A stretch of 39,268 bases of DNA from the sequence record SRR31156797_4997. One strand, written 5' to 3'. The notes under the pieces are model-generated. The model worked only from the letters and a program-made list of their open reading frames with translations, had not been told where the DNA came from and ran no database searches. The translations under genes were made by a program, and so were the position numbers. Below, piece after piece: positions 10,681 through 20,757 of the stretch (within the stretch, counting starts at the first letter, position 1; the number at the start of each line of letters is the position of its first letter).

Positions 10681-13600
10681 TTATTCTACTACTAGTCTTA
10701 ATGTTTTTGTTGCATCGTTTGTTTTTGCAGTAACGAAATAAACTCCTTGAGTTTGATTAGATAGATCTAATGTTTCATTATTGTTTACAACGCGATTTAA
10801 AACAACTTGTCCAACAGCATTCATTACTGTTACTTCACATTGATTTTGAGTTGCAATAGTAACAACACCTTTAGTTGGGTTTGGATAAATTGTGAAATCT
10901 GAAAGTGAACTAACGTCATCCACTCCTACCCATACGTCATCAATTGTAATATGCTGATCAGCTACTGTAAATGTAAGTGGAGCTTCTCCTTCAGCAGGGA
11001 ATTTTGAAACTATTTGAGGAGTTATTTGTGTAACAACATATCTATACTCGTAATCGTTTGGATATACATCAATAATAGTAACTGTATAAGTCATATCACT
11101 ATCATCATCCAAAAGTTCTAAAGCAGGAATATGCGTATTTGGCCATGGGTCAAAGTTTCCAATTCCACCAGTTCCGTCAGCTGTAGCACCAGTTATCCAT
11201 AAACGGTTAGCTTCAGGATCGAACTCTGCGTTTGTCATATCGATGTTGAATGTTACGTGATATAAACGTTCCATCGCTGCATCAATTGCAAGGTCAGCAC
11301 CATCAACTACTGCTGTTCCTTCAATTGTTAGATAATCAGTAGCCATAATTTCATAGTCATAGCTTCCATCAAATAATTCGATAGTTGCAACACCTGATGC
11401 ATCAGTAGTAAGCATTTCGCCGTTAATTTCAACAGTAGCACCTTCAATTGGGTCTGATGTATCCATGTCTGTAACAGTAAATGTAATAGTACTTCCAGTA
11501 ATTTCTACAGGTAAGAACTCATATGGTCCAAATACTACATCATCAATATATGATTTTCCAGTACCGGCATCTGACCATGCATAGAAATCAATTCCACCAA
11601 GTTGGGCAATAGAAGCTACACCATCTTGATCAAGGCTATATTGCCAGCTGTAAACCATTGCTCCATTAACATACACGTATGCCATATCAGCATCTAAATC
11701 AAAATAGTGACCCATGTGGTTAAACTCATCTTGATTATAGTTGAATGTAGCAGTTGATCCAGCTGCATCAACTTCACCAGTTCCATCAGTATAGAAGTAC
11801 ACATCAAATGCCCACTCTGTTCCAGGAACTTCATATTTTTGGAAATTATAATATCCTTCGAATCCACCACTCTCAACAAGTACATCAAATTCAACATAGT
11901 ATTTACCTTCTGTTAAATTTCCTAATGGAAGAACCATATCATCATTTCCACCGTCATTAATTACCATTGAGTTCATAGCACTCTTTGCATAATCATCAGA
12001 AACAGCAGCATCATCTGCACCACCACCGGCAGCACCAGACCATGTTTCCCATACATCTGAGTTTTCAGCAACTAGATCACCAACTGTGTAAGCTTCGAAA
12101 TCGTCAGTGAAAATAATTTGTTTGAACTCTAGGTTATCTAGGTAGTAATTTACACCAGCAGCACCATAGAAATTGAATCCACCTAACTCAAGGTGTCCAG
12201 GGTCTCCATCTTGACTGTACATCCATGATAATACCCACTCTCCATCAATTACTAATGAGGCTCTGTCGTTATCTAGGTCAATTACTTGACTTACAAGGAA
12301 CCATTTTGCTTCTGGATAAACAAATGTTGCAGTATCAGTTTGGTCAATGCTTAGACGACCAGTTCCGTCACCGTCAAAATATACATCATACATCCATTTT
12401 GTTCCTGGAACTTCTGTTTGCTGAACGTTATAATAACCTTCATTTCCAGCTTCCATTAACATATAGTATGAAATCATAAATTTACCTGAAGTTTGGTTTC
12501 CAAGTTTTAGAACCATATCGTTACCTTCAGATATATAAGCTGAATTGTCTCCATCTAGTGCAAATGCATCAGCAATTACTGCATCTTCTGCACTACCTGG
12601 GTCATCTGACCATGTAGCCCAATTAGTTGGGTTAACTACTGCAAGATTATCACCTACTGTGTAAGTTTCGAAATCTTCAGCATAATATACGATACCTGCT
12701 GGAGCAATAATTAAAGTTACATCAACGCTAACTGCAGCACCGGCAACAGTTACTGTATCCATTGTTTCAAAGTAGCCATCTTTCATAGCCATCCATGGCC
12801 ATTCGCCATCATATAAATCAATGGTAGCAACACCACTAGCGTCAGAAGTTAACATTTCACCAGCAATATCAATAGTTGCACCTTCTAATGCGCTAGTTCC
12901 ATCAGTTACATTAAATGTTACAGTGTAACGAGGTAAAGCAACCATTGCTAAATCAACTACGGTTGTGTCACCAATATTACCAACAGTAACTGTAGCTGTT
13001 GAATCGAAGAAACCTGCAGCAGTAGCAGTATACTCATAAGTACTATCTACCGTTGGTAAGCTAATCATAGCCATACCTGCAGCATCAGTAGTAAGGTTTT
13101 CACCAAAGATTGCAATATTTGCACCTTCAATAGGATCAGTTCCATCTGTAACTGCAAAATGAGCAACTGGTTGTTCGTCCATTGCAAGGTCAACAACTAA
13201 GGTGTCGCCAATATTTCCAACTGTAGCAGTACCGGTTACGTCAAAATAACCAGCAAAAGAAGCAGTATAGTCATAGTCGCCACCTTCATTTGCTACACTA
13301 AACATAGCTTGACCGCCAGCATCTGTCATCATTGTTTGAGCATCCATTTCGATCGTTACTCCTTCTAATGAATCCATTCCGTCTGTTACAGTAAAATATA
13401 CAACAGGCATTGGGTCCATTGTAAGATCGATGGTTGCGTCTGCAGTAACAGCAACTCCAGTACCACTTATGTCATAATAACCGTAAGTTGTTCCACTCCA
13501 GTCATATGTACCATCTAGTACACCAAATAGAGCTGTTCCAGTTTCGTTAGTAAAACGTACTTGATCAGCAAATGCAAATTCAACACCTTCTACAGGATCT

Positions 13601-14250
13601 GTAGTCTCTGAATTAGTAATGTTTATGGTGATTGTTTTTACGTCAGCTGAAATATCTGGACCGTTAACATCGTCAATAAGAACATAACCTGTAAAATCGA
13701 AATACTCAAATGTAGATGATGCACAGAATGCAAATTGGTAATCACCATTCGCAAGACCAGAAATATCATGCTCAACTAGCTGAGCTGCTTCACCATTAGC
13801 GAAGTCTATTGTGTCACCTAAAACTGTCCATGTGGCGTCTCCAACTAATTTGTATTTGAATACTAGAATGCTAGATCCAAGACCAAATTCATTATTAACA
13901 CCAGCTGCGTTATAAGAAAATGTTGTAACTGAGCCGTCAAGTGTTAATGGTGGAGTAATTAACATTTCTTCAGGATCGTTAATATCCTGTCCGATCAATG
14001 CTGAAAAACCATTAATTTGGAAAGTTGGGTTTGAAGATCTTCCCCAGGTTCTTGCGATGGCAGTTTCTGACCAACCAAATGGTAGAAAATCACCTTCGAA
14101 GTCTTCAGCAATAGCTTTGTCAAACTCAACAGCATATTCTGAAGAATTTAAAACAACGCCATCCAGTTTAACTGGTTCGATTGCTTTTTGCGCATTGACA
14201 GCAAATGCCAATAACAGCAATCCAATAAACAAGGTAAGTTTGTTTCTCAT
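10681..14250 (-). CDS. Large acidic multidomain T9SS-secreted surface protein (adhesin-like)
   Basis: Signal peptide; N-terminal EDFE...IDDV jelly-roll-like domain; five ~75-aa carboxypeptidase-regulatory-like repeats (TD...PIEGA...TDA.G.A); two ~200-aa repeats (DFE.YTVGD...W.TWS); YPNP T9SS CTD. Confidence 0.85.
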   Translation of the reverse strand: MRNKLTLFIGLLLLAFAVNAQKAIEPVKLDGVVLNSSEYAVEFDKAIAEDFEGDFLPFGWSETAIARTWGRSSNPTFQINGFSALIGQDINDPEEMLITPPLTLDGSVTTFSYNAAGVNNEFGLGSSILVFKYKLVGDATWTVLGDTIDFANGEAAQLVEHDISGLANGDYQFAFCASSTFEYFDFTGYVLIDDVNGPDISADVKTITINITNSETTDPVEGVEFAFADQVRFTNETGTALFGVLDGTYDWSGTTYGYYDISGTGVAVTADATIDLTMDPMPVVYFTVTDGMDSLEGVTIEMDAQTMMTDAGGQAMFSVANEGGDYDYTASFAGYFDVTGTATVGNIGDTLVVDLAMDEQPVAHFAVTDGTDPIEGANIAIFGENLTTDAAGMAMISLPTVDSTYEYTATAAGFFDSTATVTVGNIGDTTVVDLAMVALPRYTVTFNVTDGTSALEGATIDIAGEMLTSDASGVATIDLYDGEWPWMAMKDGYFETMDTVTVAGAAVSVDVTLIIAPAGIVYYAEDFETYTVGDNLAVVNPTNWATWSDDPGSAEDAVIADAFALDGDNSAYISEGNDMVLKLGNQTSGKFMISYYMLMEAGNEGYYNVQQTEVPGTKWMYDVYFDGDGTGRLSIDQTDTATFVYPEAKWFLVSQVIDLDNDRASLVIDGEWVLSWMYSQDGDPGHLELGGFNFYGAAGVNYYLDNLEFKQIIFTDDFEAYTVGDLVAENSDVWETWSGAAGGGADDAAVSDDYAKSAMNSMVINDGGNDDMVLPLGNLTEGKYYVEFDVLVESGGFEGYYNFQKYEVPGTEWAFDVYFYTDGTGEVDAAGSTATFNYNQDEFNHMGHYFDLDADMAYVYVNGAMVYSWQYSLDQDGVASIAQLGGIDFYAWSDAGTGKSYIDDVVFGPYEFLPVEITGSTITFTVTDMDTSDPIEGATVEINGEMLTTDASGVATIELFDGSYDYEIMATDYLTIEGTAVVDGADLAIDAAMERLYHVTFNIDMTNAEFDPEANRLWITGATADGTGGIGNFDPWPNTHIPALELLDDDSDMTYTVTIIDVYPNDYEYRYVVTQITPQIVSKFPAEGEAPLTFTVADQHITIDDVWVGVDDVSSLSDFTIYPNPTKGVVTIATQNQCEVTVMNAVGQVVLNRVVNNNETLDLSNQTQGVYFVTAKTNDATKTLRLVVE

Positions 14251-14584
14251 AATAAATTAATTTTTGGTTAGATTAATGTGATTAATTTTTATTCTTTCAT
14301 ATACAAATTTGAATACCAAAATTACAAAAAATCCCATTGAAATCAAAGAAACGCTGATAAACAACTGTAATCATAAAGATTAAATTAATTCTATGTATCT
14401 CAATTTGAAACCTATAATTTTAATTAGTCTAAATTTAGTCCCCGAAATTTAATGACATTTTACAGTTTTGCCAAAAAAAATATTGTTAAGAATTGACCAA
14501 TGTGTCATTTTAGAACATAGTTGTGTGTTTTTCATAGACAATAGTATTATATTTGAAGATATTTGCATCTGTAATACTTCAAAC

Positions 14585-15112
14585 ATGATTTTTATTAAAA
14601 ACTTATTAGTATCAGCCTTTATATTATTGTGTAGCCTCTCTTTCTCACAAGAAGTATATGAACATCAATATTTAGTGAAAATAGGAGATTTAGCACCTGA
14701 CTTTACTATTAATGAAACAAATGGACAATCATATATGTTGTCGGATTTACGAGGAAATGTTGTAATGCTTCAATTTACAGCAAGTTGGTGTAGTGTATGT
14801 CGAAAAGAAATGCCATTTATTGAAGAAGAAATATGGATTCCCGGAAAACCAAAAGGATTGAAAGTAATCGGTATTGATCGGGATGAGCCAATTGAAAAAG
14901 CGCTTGAGATGGCTAAGGCTACCGGTATAACTTATCCGCTTGCATTAGATCCCGGAGCTGATATTTTCGCCATGTATGCTGAGAGAAAAGCTGGAGTTAC
15001 TCGTAATGTAATTATTGACCGCGAAGGCAAAATCATATTTCTTACCAGACTTTTCAAAAGAGAAGAGTTTGATGCAATGAAAGAGGTAATTTTTAATGAA
15101 TTAAATAAATAA
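14585..15112 (+). CDS. TlpA/AhpC-TSA family thioredoxin-like protein with signal peptide
   Basis: Start moved to ATG 14585 (MIFIKNLLVSAF). IGDLAPDF, LQFTASWCSVCRKEMP, GVTRNVIID. Confidence 0.88.
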   Translation: MIFIKNLLVSAFILLCSLSFSQEVYEHQYLVKIGDLAPDFTINETNGQSYMLSDLRGNVVMLQFTASWCSVCRKEMPFIEEEIWIPGKPKGLKVIGIDRDEPIEKALEMAKATGITYPLALDPGADIFAMYAERKAGVTRNVIIDREGKIIFLTRLFKREEFDAMKEVIFNELNK

Positions 15113-15114
15113 TG

Positions 15115-15146
15115 GTTTCAAGTTTCAGGTTAGAATGTTTCAAGTT
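15115..15146 (+). repeat. Short GTTTCAA/GTTTCAG heptamer cluster
   Basis: GTTTCAAGTTTCAGGTT...GTTTCAAGTT immediately after the stop codon; same motif as in the 29.8-31.9 kb arrays. Confidence 0.6.
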
Positions 15147-15379
15147 GTAGTAATTTTCTGAAATACTAGTTTATTTATTCCTTTCATATAATTAGGTTTA
15201 GTATGAAATTATTAGCTGAGTACTTTAAGCTTACATTTAATCATATTCATGAGACGTCAAACCTAAAATAAAATTCTGAATTGTTAGAATATAAAAATCT
15301 TTGATTTTTGTAATTTTTCGTGCATCCAGAAATAATATCAAATTGAAAATTTGAGTTTTTCGGGTACTGAAGCCTGAAG

Positions 15380-16795
15380 CTATCTAGTATACTGGTCAAT
15401 TACTAGATTGATAGCCCTTTGGCAAGCTGGACAAAAATGATCTGTTCTTGTGAACATGATACAATTTGGTGCCGAACGATATATTCCATGTTGGCGATAT
15501 TGGGCTCCTTCATATAATCCGGTTTTACCTGCATATTCAATCTTACTTAAATAATCTTCTTCCCATGCCTTTTGATTGAGGAAAAACTCATTCATTATTG
15601 ATTCAGGAGTTTTTGCAGCACGTAGTTTGTTACGCTCTTTTTGAGTTTCAATGCTATGCTTATCAAAATCTTCTTTCCTCCATGGTGTGGGCAGTGGTGT
15701 GTCATCTTCGATTAAATCTCCCCACTTGATTTTTTCTTTATTGGTATAAGTGGTAACATTTAATTCCCATGGTTCTCTAATATCAGAACCCATTTCGTAG
15801 GCAGTTGATGAGGCATAATATTCATCCGCAAGGTCAGCAAAGTGATGGCCAAATTCATGCACAAACAAATAATCATCAAAAGTATTATCTGCAGCAGCCG
15901 TGATGTATAAATTATAAATTCCGCCTCCCCCATAAATACTATCATTCATTAATATGGCTGTATATTCATATGGAACATTGGCAGCAGCGTTTCGAATGGT
16001 TTTATTGTCGAAGCCCAGCGCATAGCGTTCTGAATTAAATGCTCCATAAGAAACACTCAACGCGGATCTGCGGTAAATGTCCTGGTGTGGGTGTGCTAAA
16101 CCAGATTGAGGAGAGGGGACTTCAACCAACCGAATGTTGATATCGTTTTTACGCTCATTAAATGGAGCAGTATTTAAAAGCGCATCAGCAAATTTACGGG
16201 CATCTTTGTGAAATTTATCCATTTCATCTTTTGTATATCCTTCGCTTAGTACAACAATATCAACTTTAGTTTTAGGGTCTCCTGATATATGTACATCTTT
16301 GGTTTTTAGATGAGTTGTTGGGTGAGCCATATTAGTTCTCCAGTGCTCTAAAGCAATATCTTGGCGCCAAACTTCTGAAAAACCATATTCATCATTTCGT
16401 TTTTTTATTATTAAAATTGCATCATTTTTTGGCCATGGAAATCTCACAGATTCATGATAAACGCCCCAGTTTTCTTTTGCTTCAGATGTGGTTTCCCATT
16501 CGCCATAAATACTTGCATACCCCCTTGAATAAATAACCTTGTTACTAAGTTTATCTATTATCTCAAAATAATACTTTCCGAGTTCAAGTTTATCAATTAA
16601 CTGAGTAGTACTACCTGCCCAAATACCATCACTTACAATTTGATCAAATGAGAAATGCTCCTCTGTGGCTGTTCCGGTATGGAAATAATCAAATCGCATG
16701 GTTTTATCCATGAAATATTTGTCAAAATCTGAACCCTTGGTACAACCCGAGAATAATATTGAACTTATTATTATGAGTGTTTTGAAGATTTTCAT
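15380..16795 (-). CDS. Peptidase M64 (IgA peptidase-like) lipoprotein
   Basis: Lipobox-like FSGC; YGGGGIYNLY; HEFGHHFADLADEYY zinc motif; CIM..FCPAC near the C-terminus. Confidence 0.92.
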   Translation of the reverse strand: MKIFKTLIIISSILFSGCTKGSDFDKYFMDKTMRFDYFHTGTATEEHFSFDQIVSDGIWAGSTTQLIDKLELGKYYFEIIDKLSNKVIYSRGYASIYGEWETTSEAKENWGVYHESVRFPWPKNDAILIIKKRNDEYGFSEVWRQDIALEHWRTNMAHPTTHLKTKDVHISGDPKTKVDIVVLSEGYTKDEMDKFHKDARKFADALLNTAPFNERKNDINIRLVEVPSPQSGLAHPHQDIYRRSALSVSYGAFNSERYALGFDNKTIRNAAANVPYEYTAILMNDSIYGGGGIYNLYITAAADNTFDDYLFVHEFGHHFADLADEYYASSTAYEMGSDIREPWELNVTTYTNKEKIKWGDLIEDDTPLPTPWRKEDFDKHSIETQKERNKLRAAKTPESIMNEFFLNQKAWEEDYLSKIEYAGKTGLYEGAQYRQHGIYRSAPNCIMFTRTDHFCPACQRAINLVIDQYTR

Positions 16796-17076
16796 TTTAT
16801 ACTTTTTAAAATTGAATGACCTATTGCTAAATTATATCAAATTATTCGATTGCTGAAATTCTACTGTTAAAATTAAATTCGGGTGAATTTAATTTATTTG
16901 ATATTTGTTTTAAACTATCACTGTATGTTACGGTGCAGCCGCTTTAATAATCATTGTTAAGAATTATTGACCCCGTTTATTTACCTGTATTTTGGTATTA
17001 TTCATGATTTTTTCTGCCAAAAAGAAAAAAATGTTGTAACTTGTATATCGTTCTATTAAGTAAAATAAGTAATTGA

Positions 17077-17430
17077 ATGGCAAAAGATAACAATCTCGGT
17101 TTTTTAACGACGAGGTGTGAATATCAAGAAATACAAATACCGTTTGAATCAATAATGTATATTGAATCCAAACGTGAGTATGTAACAGTGCACACACCTA
17201 GGGAGAAGATTGTTTGTAATACACCACTTAGACTTTTACTATATGAATTACCTCAGAGTCTTTTTATTCAGACACATCGAAGCTATGTGGTGGCGATTAG
17301 CCAGATTGAAGCTCTGGAACCCAGTCGCATAACTCTCACTAATAAGGAAAAGGTGCCGCTTTCAAAAAGTTTTAGAAAACCATTAGTCAACGCTTTAATG
17401 GAATTAGGAGTGATTGATCGTGGGTTCTAA
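17077..17430 (+). CDS. Stand-alone LytTR DNA-binding domain protein
   Basis: I.YIES.REYV.VHT, FIQTHRSYVV, VPLSKSFR. Confidence 0.85.
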   Translation: MAKDNNLGFLTTRCEYQEIQIPFESIMYIESKREYVTVHTPREKIVCNTPLRLLLYELPQSLFIQTHRSYVVAISQIEALEPSRITLTNKEKVPLSKSFRKPLVNALMELGVIDRGF

Positions 17431-17492
17431 ATGTAAAAGTTTGATATTTCATTTTGATCTTATTAAATTGCTTTCATATAACTTAAATGTAT

Positions 17493-18281
17493 ATGTGTGG
17501 TAGGTTTATTTTGACACAAAGAATTGAAAAGTTGGGAGAACGATTTAATGTTGAAGTACCTCCCGATTTTGATTTTGAACCCGGGTATAATATTGGACCG
17601 GGGTCTATCTCGCCTGTGATTGCTTCAAATGATCCGGATAGACTTCAGCTTTTTCGTTTTGGATTGACACCATTCTGGGCCAAAAAACCGATGTATTTGT
17701 TTAATGCCAGGGCTGAAGGAGATCGAAATAAAGAAAATGATGTGAATTACAGAGGAAGCAAAGACATTATTAATAAGCCAGCATTTCGAAAACCTATAAG
17801 AAGCCAGCGTTGTTTGATTCCAGCTGATGCTTTTATTGAAGGAACCACAAAAGAGCGGTTAAAGAAACCTTATGTAGTATATTTAAAAGATAAGGTAAGG
17901 CCTTTTGCGTTTGCAGGTATTTGGGATAAGTGGGAAGATCAAACTACGCAAACTGAGGTATACGCTTTCAGCATTATTACTACTACTGCCAATGAGTTAT
18001 TACAAAAAATACCACATCATCGTAGCCCGGTAATTTTGAGGCAAAACGATGAATTGAAATGGCTTAATGTGAATACACCATTAAGTCAAATTACTGAGCT
18101 GCTGAGACCTTATAATGCCGATCTCATGAATGCTTACCCAATTTCACCTGAAATTAGCAACCCAAGGGCTCAGGGTAGGGAGCTGATTAACCCGGTTGGT
18201 CCTCCTCTTGAAGAGGATGAGACATTTCATGTAACCGATCATATTACGAAAAGTGGATTTGGAAGACGTAAAATCAGGTAG
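17493..18281 (+). CDS. SOS response-associated peptidase (SRAP, YedK/HMCES family)
   Basis: MCGRF N-terminus (start at 17493 so that Cys2 becomes N-terminal), YNIGP, FNARAE, RCLIPADAFIE, AFAGIWD, HHRSPVIL. Confidence 0.93.
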   Translation: MCGRFILTQRIEKLGERFNVEVPPDFDFEPGYNIGPGSISPVIASNDPDRLQLFRFGLTPFWAKKPMYLFNARAEGDRNKENDVNYRGSKDIINKPAFRKPIRSQRCLIPADAFIEGTTKERLKKPYVVYLKDKVRPFAFAGIWDKWEDQTTQTEVYAFSIITTTANELLQKIPHHRSPVILRQNDELKWLNVNTPLSQITELLRPYNADLMNAYPISPEISNPRAQGRELINPVGPPLEEDETFHVTDHITKSGFGRRKIR

Positions 18282-18316
18282 ATTTTTGTTAATTTGGTAT
18301 TTAAAGTAATCATTTT

Positions 18317-19369
18317 ATGGGGCTACTTATTCTTTATTTATTTATTGCAATTGGAATTTCCTTTTTATGTTCCATTTTGGAAGCCGTACTGCTTTCCACT
18401 CCAGATTCCTATGTGGAAGTTTTAAAAAGTGACAAAAGAAAGGGCGCTCAAACGCTTGAAAAGCTGAAAGGAACAATTGATAAGCCACTTTCTGCCATTC
18501 TAACTATTAACACTATAGCACACACTATTGGTGCTGCAGGAGTAGGGGCCCAGGCTACTAAAGTTTTTGGAGAGCTATATTTTGGGATTATATCTGCTGT
18601 TCTGACCTTATTGATTTTAGTGTTGAGCGAAATTATACCTAAAACTATTGGGGCTACATATTGGCGGAGTTTAATTATACCTTCGGTACCAATGCTTAAG
18701 GTTTTTTTAGTTATTGCATTTCCTTTTGTGATTTTATCGGAACGTATCACAAGAATAATCGCCAAAAAAGGAAAAGCGTTTTCTTTTTCACGTCAGGATT
18801 TATCTACAATAGCAACCATTGGTTATAAAGAGGGAATTATTGATAAAGATGAGTCGAGGTTGATTTTTAATTTAATGAAATTAGATAAGGTACAGGTGGA
18901 AGATATCATGACTCCACGGACAGTAATGGTTACTGCACCTCAAAAAATGACAGTTGGTGAGCTTTTTAAGTTAAAGGATAAGCTTAGTTTTTCAAGAATT
19001 CCTGTTTATAATGAAAATAAAGAAGACATTACCGGTTATGTCTTGAAAGCTGATGTTTTTGAGTGTGTCGCTATGGATGATCATGATAAAACGCTGAAGG
19101 ATCTAAAATTAGAAATTACCAAAGTGTATGAGAAAGTTCCTGTTCCGCGATTATTTCAGCTTATGGTGAAAAAAAATGATATGATGGCTCTTGTGATTGA
19201 TGAATACGGTGGGACAGAGGGTTTGGTTACTATGGAAGATATTATTGAGACCATCACCGGAATTGAAATTGTTGATGAGAAAGACACGCATGTTGATTAT
19301 CAAAAATTAGCCAGAGAGCTTTGGGAAAAACGACTGGAAAGCAATCAAAATAATCTTATTGACCTGTAG
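18317..19369 (+). CDS. CNNM/DUF21 + CBS domain (hemolysin/CorC-like) membrane protein
   Basis: SFLCSILEAVLLS, SEIIPKTIG, IMTPRTV, FSRIPVY, VIDEYGG..GLVTMEDIIE. Confidence 0.92.
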   Translation: MGLLILYLFIAIGISFLCSILEAVLLSTPDSYVEVLKSDKRKGAQTLEKLKGTIDKPLSAILTINTIAHTIGAAGVGAQATKVFGELYFGIISAVLTLLILVLSEIIPKTIGATYWRSLIIPSVPMLKVFLVIAFPFVILSERITRIIAKKGKAFSFSRQDLSTIATIGYKEGIIDKDESRLIFNLMKLDKVQVEDIMTPRTVMVTAPQKMTVGELFKLKDKLSFSRIPVYNENKEDITGYVLKADVFECVAMDDHDKTLKDLKLEITKVYEKVPVPRLFQLMVKKNDMMALVIDEYGGTEGLVTMEDIIETITGIEIVDEKDTHVDYQKLARELWEKRLESNQNNLIDL

Positions 19370-19826
19370 GTAAAAAATCAGCCTTTAGTTTTTCTAGTAC
19401 GATTTTGTCAATCGGAAAAGTTAATTCTTCAGGTTTTAAATCAACAATTTTTACCCAGCGGAAGCTTTGTGGGTCTGGGCTATTAATCTCAAAATCAAAT
19501 GGTTTTGAGGATGCTTTAAAGAGGTGAGGTTCAGCGATATCAACCAGGTAATAAATGGAAATCAATTGCATATTTTCATAAAACCATCCTTTTTGATAGA
19601 AATCAGTGGTGTAAAAATGTCTAATATTTGAAACGGGTTGATTCAATTCTTCTAAAAACTCCCGCTTTAAGCAATCAATTGTTCCTTCTCCTTTTTCGAG
19701 CCCACCTCCCGGGAATTTAGTCATATATGAATTCAAACGGTATTCATCTGTTATAAGTAATTCTTTTTTTTCATTGATTACTAAACCATAAACCCTGATA
19801 TTAAATTCTGATAGTTTTTTAGGCAT
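19356..19826 (-). CDS. NUDIX hydrolase
   Basis: FPGGGLEKGEGTIDCLKREFLEE Nudix box. Confidence 0.9.
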   Translation of the reverse strand: MPKKLSEFNIRVYGLVINEKKELLITDEYRLNSYMTKFPGGGLEKGEGTIDCLKREFLEELNQPVSNIRHFYTTDFYQKGWFYENMQLISIYYLVDIAEPHLFKASSKPFDFEINSPDPQSFRWVKIVDLKPEELTFPIDKIVLEKLKADFLPTGQ

Positions 19827-20727
19827 TTAATAATTCATTTTCGATAAAGGAGATCATTTTTGTTTTTTCTGAAGGATGAAACCACTTTGTTTCTTTATTT
19901 CTTCTAAACCATGATAATTGCTTGCGTGCATATCTTCGAGTATTCCTTTTTATTAATTCTACGGCTTCTTCTATTGATATTTTACCTTCAAAATGTTCAA
20001 ACAATTCCTGGTATCCTACTGTTTTGAGAGGTACTAAACCTTTTAATGGAAACATATCATACGCTTCTTCAATTAATCCGTTTTCTATCATCATATCAAC
20101 CCGCTTATTGATTCTGCGGTGCAACTCATCACGGTCCATATCCAGCGCTATGCGAATAATTTTAAAATCTCTGATGCTTTTATGTTTTTTTCTGAAAAGG
20201 GAGAATGGCTGCCCGGTTTGCCAATACATTTCTACACCTCGAAGTAATCGTGCAGGGTTGTGAATATCTATTTCGTAGTAATAGTCAGGATCTGCATCTA
20301 TGAGGATTTTTTGTAGGGCTTCTTTACCCTCTTTTTCCATCAGTTTAGTAGCTTTTGCTCTAATTTCGGACTTAATGTCTGGCATGTCATCTATTCCGGT
20401 ACATAAAGCTTCGATATACATTCCACTTCCACCTGTCATGAATAAAACCTGATGTGCTTTAAACAATTCATCAATTTTATTTAATGCATCTTTTTCAAAA
20501 GCTGATGCATTATAGTTGTCATGAATACTTTTATGTTGTATGAAATGATGGGGAACCGATTGTAATTGCTCTGGTTCAGGAACAGCTGTTCCAATGGTTA
20601 GTTCTTTGAATATTTGGCGACTATCAGAGGATATTATTTCTGTATGAAAATATTGGGCTAATTCAATCGTAAGATCCGTTTTTCCAATGGCTGTTGGGCC
20701 TGCTATAATAACCAATGTATTTTGCAT
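19819..20727 (-). CDS. miaA: tRNA (adenosine(37)-N6)-dimethylallyltransferase
   Basis: GPTAIGKT, DSRQIF..IGTA, GGSGMY, TVGYQE, RRYARKQLSWF. Confidence 0.96.
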   Translation of the reverse strand: MQNTLVIIAGPTAIGKTDLTIELAQYFHTEIISSDSRQIFKELTIGTAVPEPEQLQSVPHHFIQHKSIHDNYNASAFEKDALNKIDELFKAHQVLFMTGGSGMYIEALCTGIDDMPDIKSEIRAKATKLMEKEGKEALQKILIDADPDYYYEIDIHNPARLLRGVEMYWQTGQPFSLFRKKHKSIRDFKIIRIALDMDRDELHRRINKRVDMMIENGLIEEAYDMFPLKGLVPLKTVGYQELFEHFEGKISIEEAVELIKRNTRRYARKQLSWFRRNKETKWFHPSEKTKMISFIENELLNA

Positions 20728-20731
20728 GCCG

Positions 20732-20739
20732 CAAATTTA
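20732..20739 (-). promoter_or_regulatory. Bacteroidota -7 promoter box upstream of miaA
   Basis: TAAATTTG on the minus strand, 4 nt before the ATG; matches TAnnTTTG. Confidence 0.55.
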
Positions 20740-20757
20740 GTAATAATGACTGAGAAC

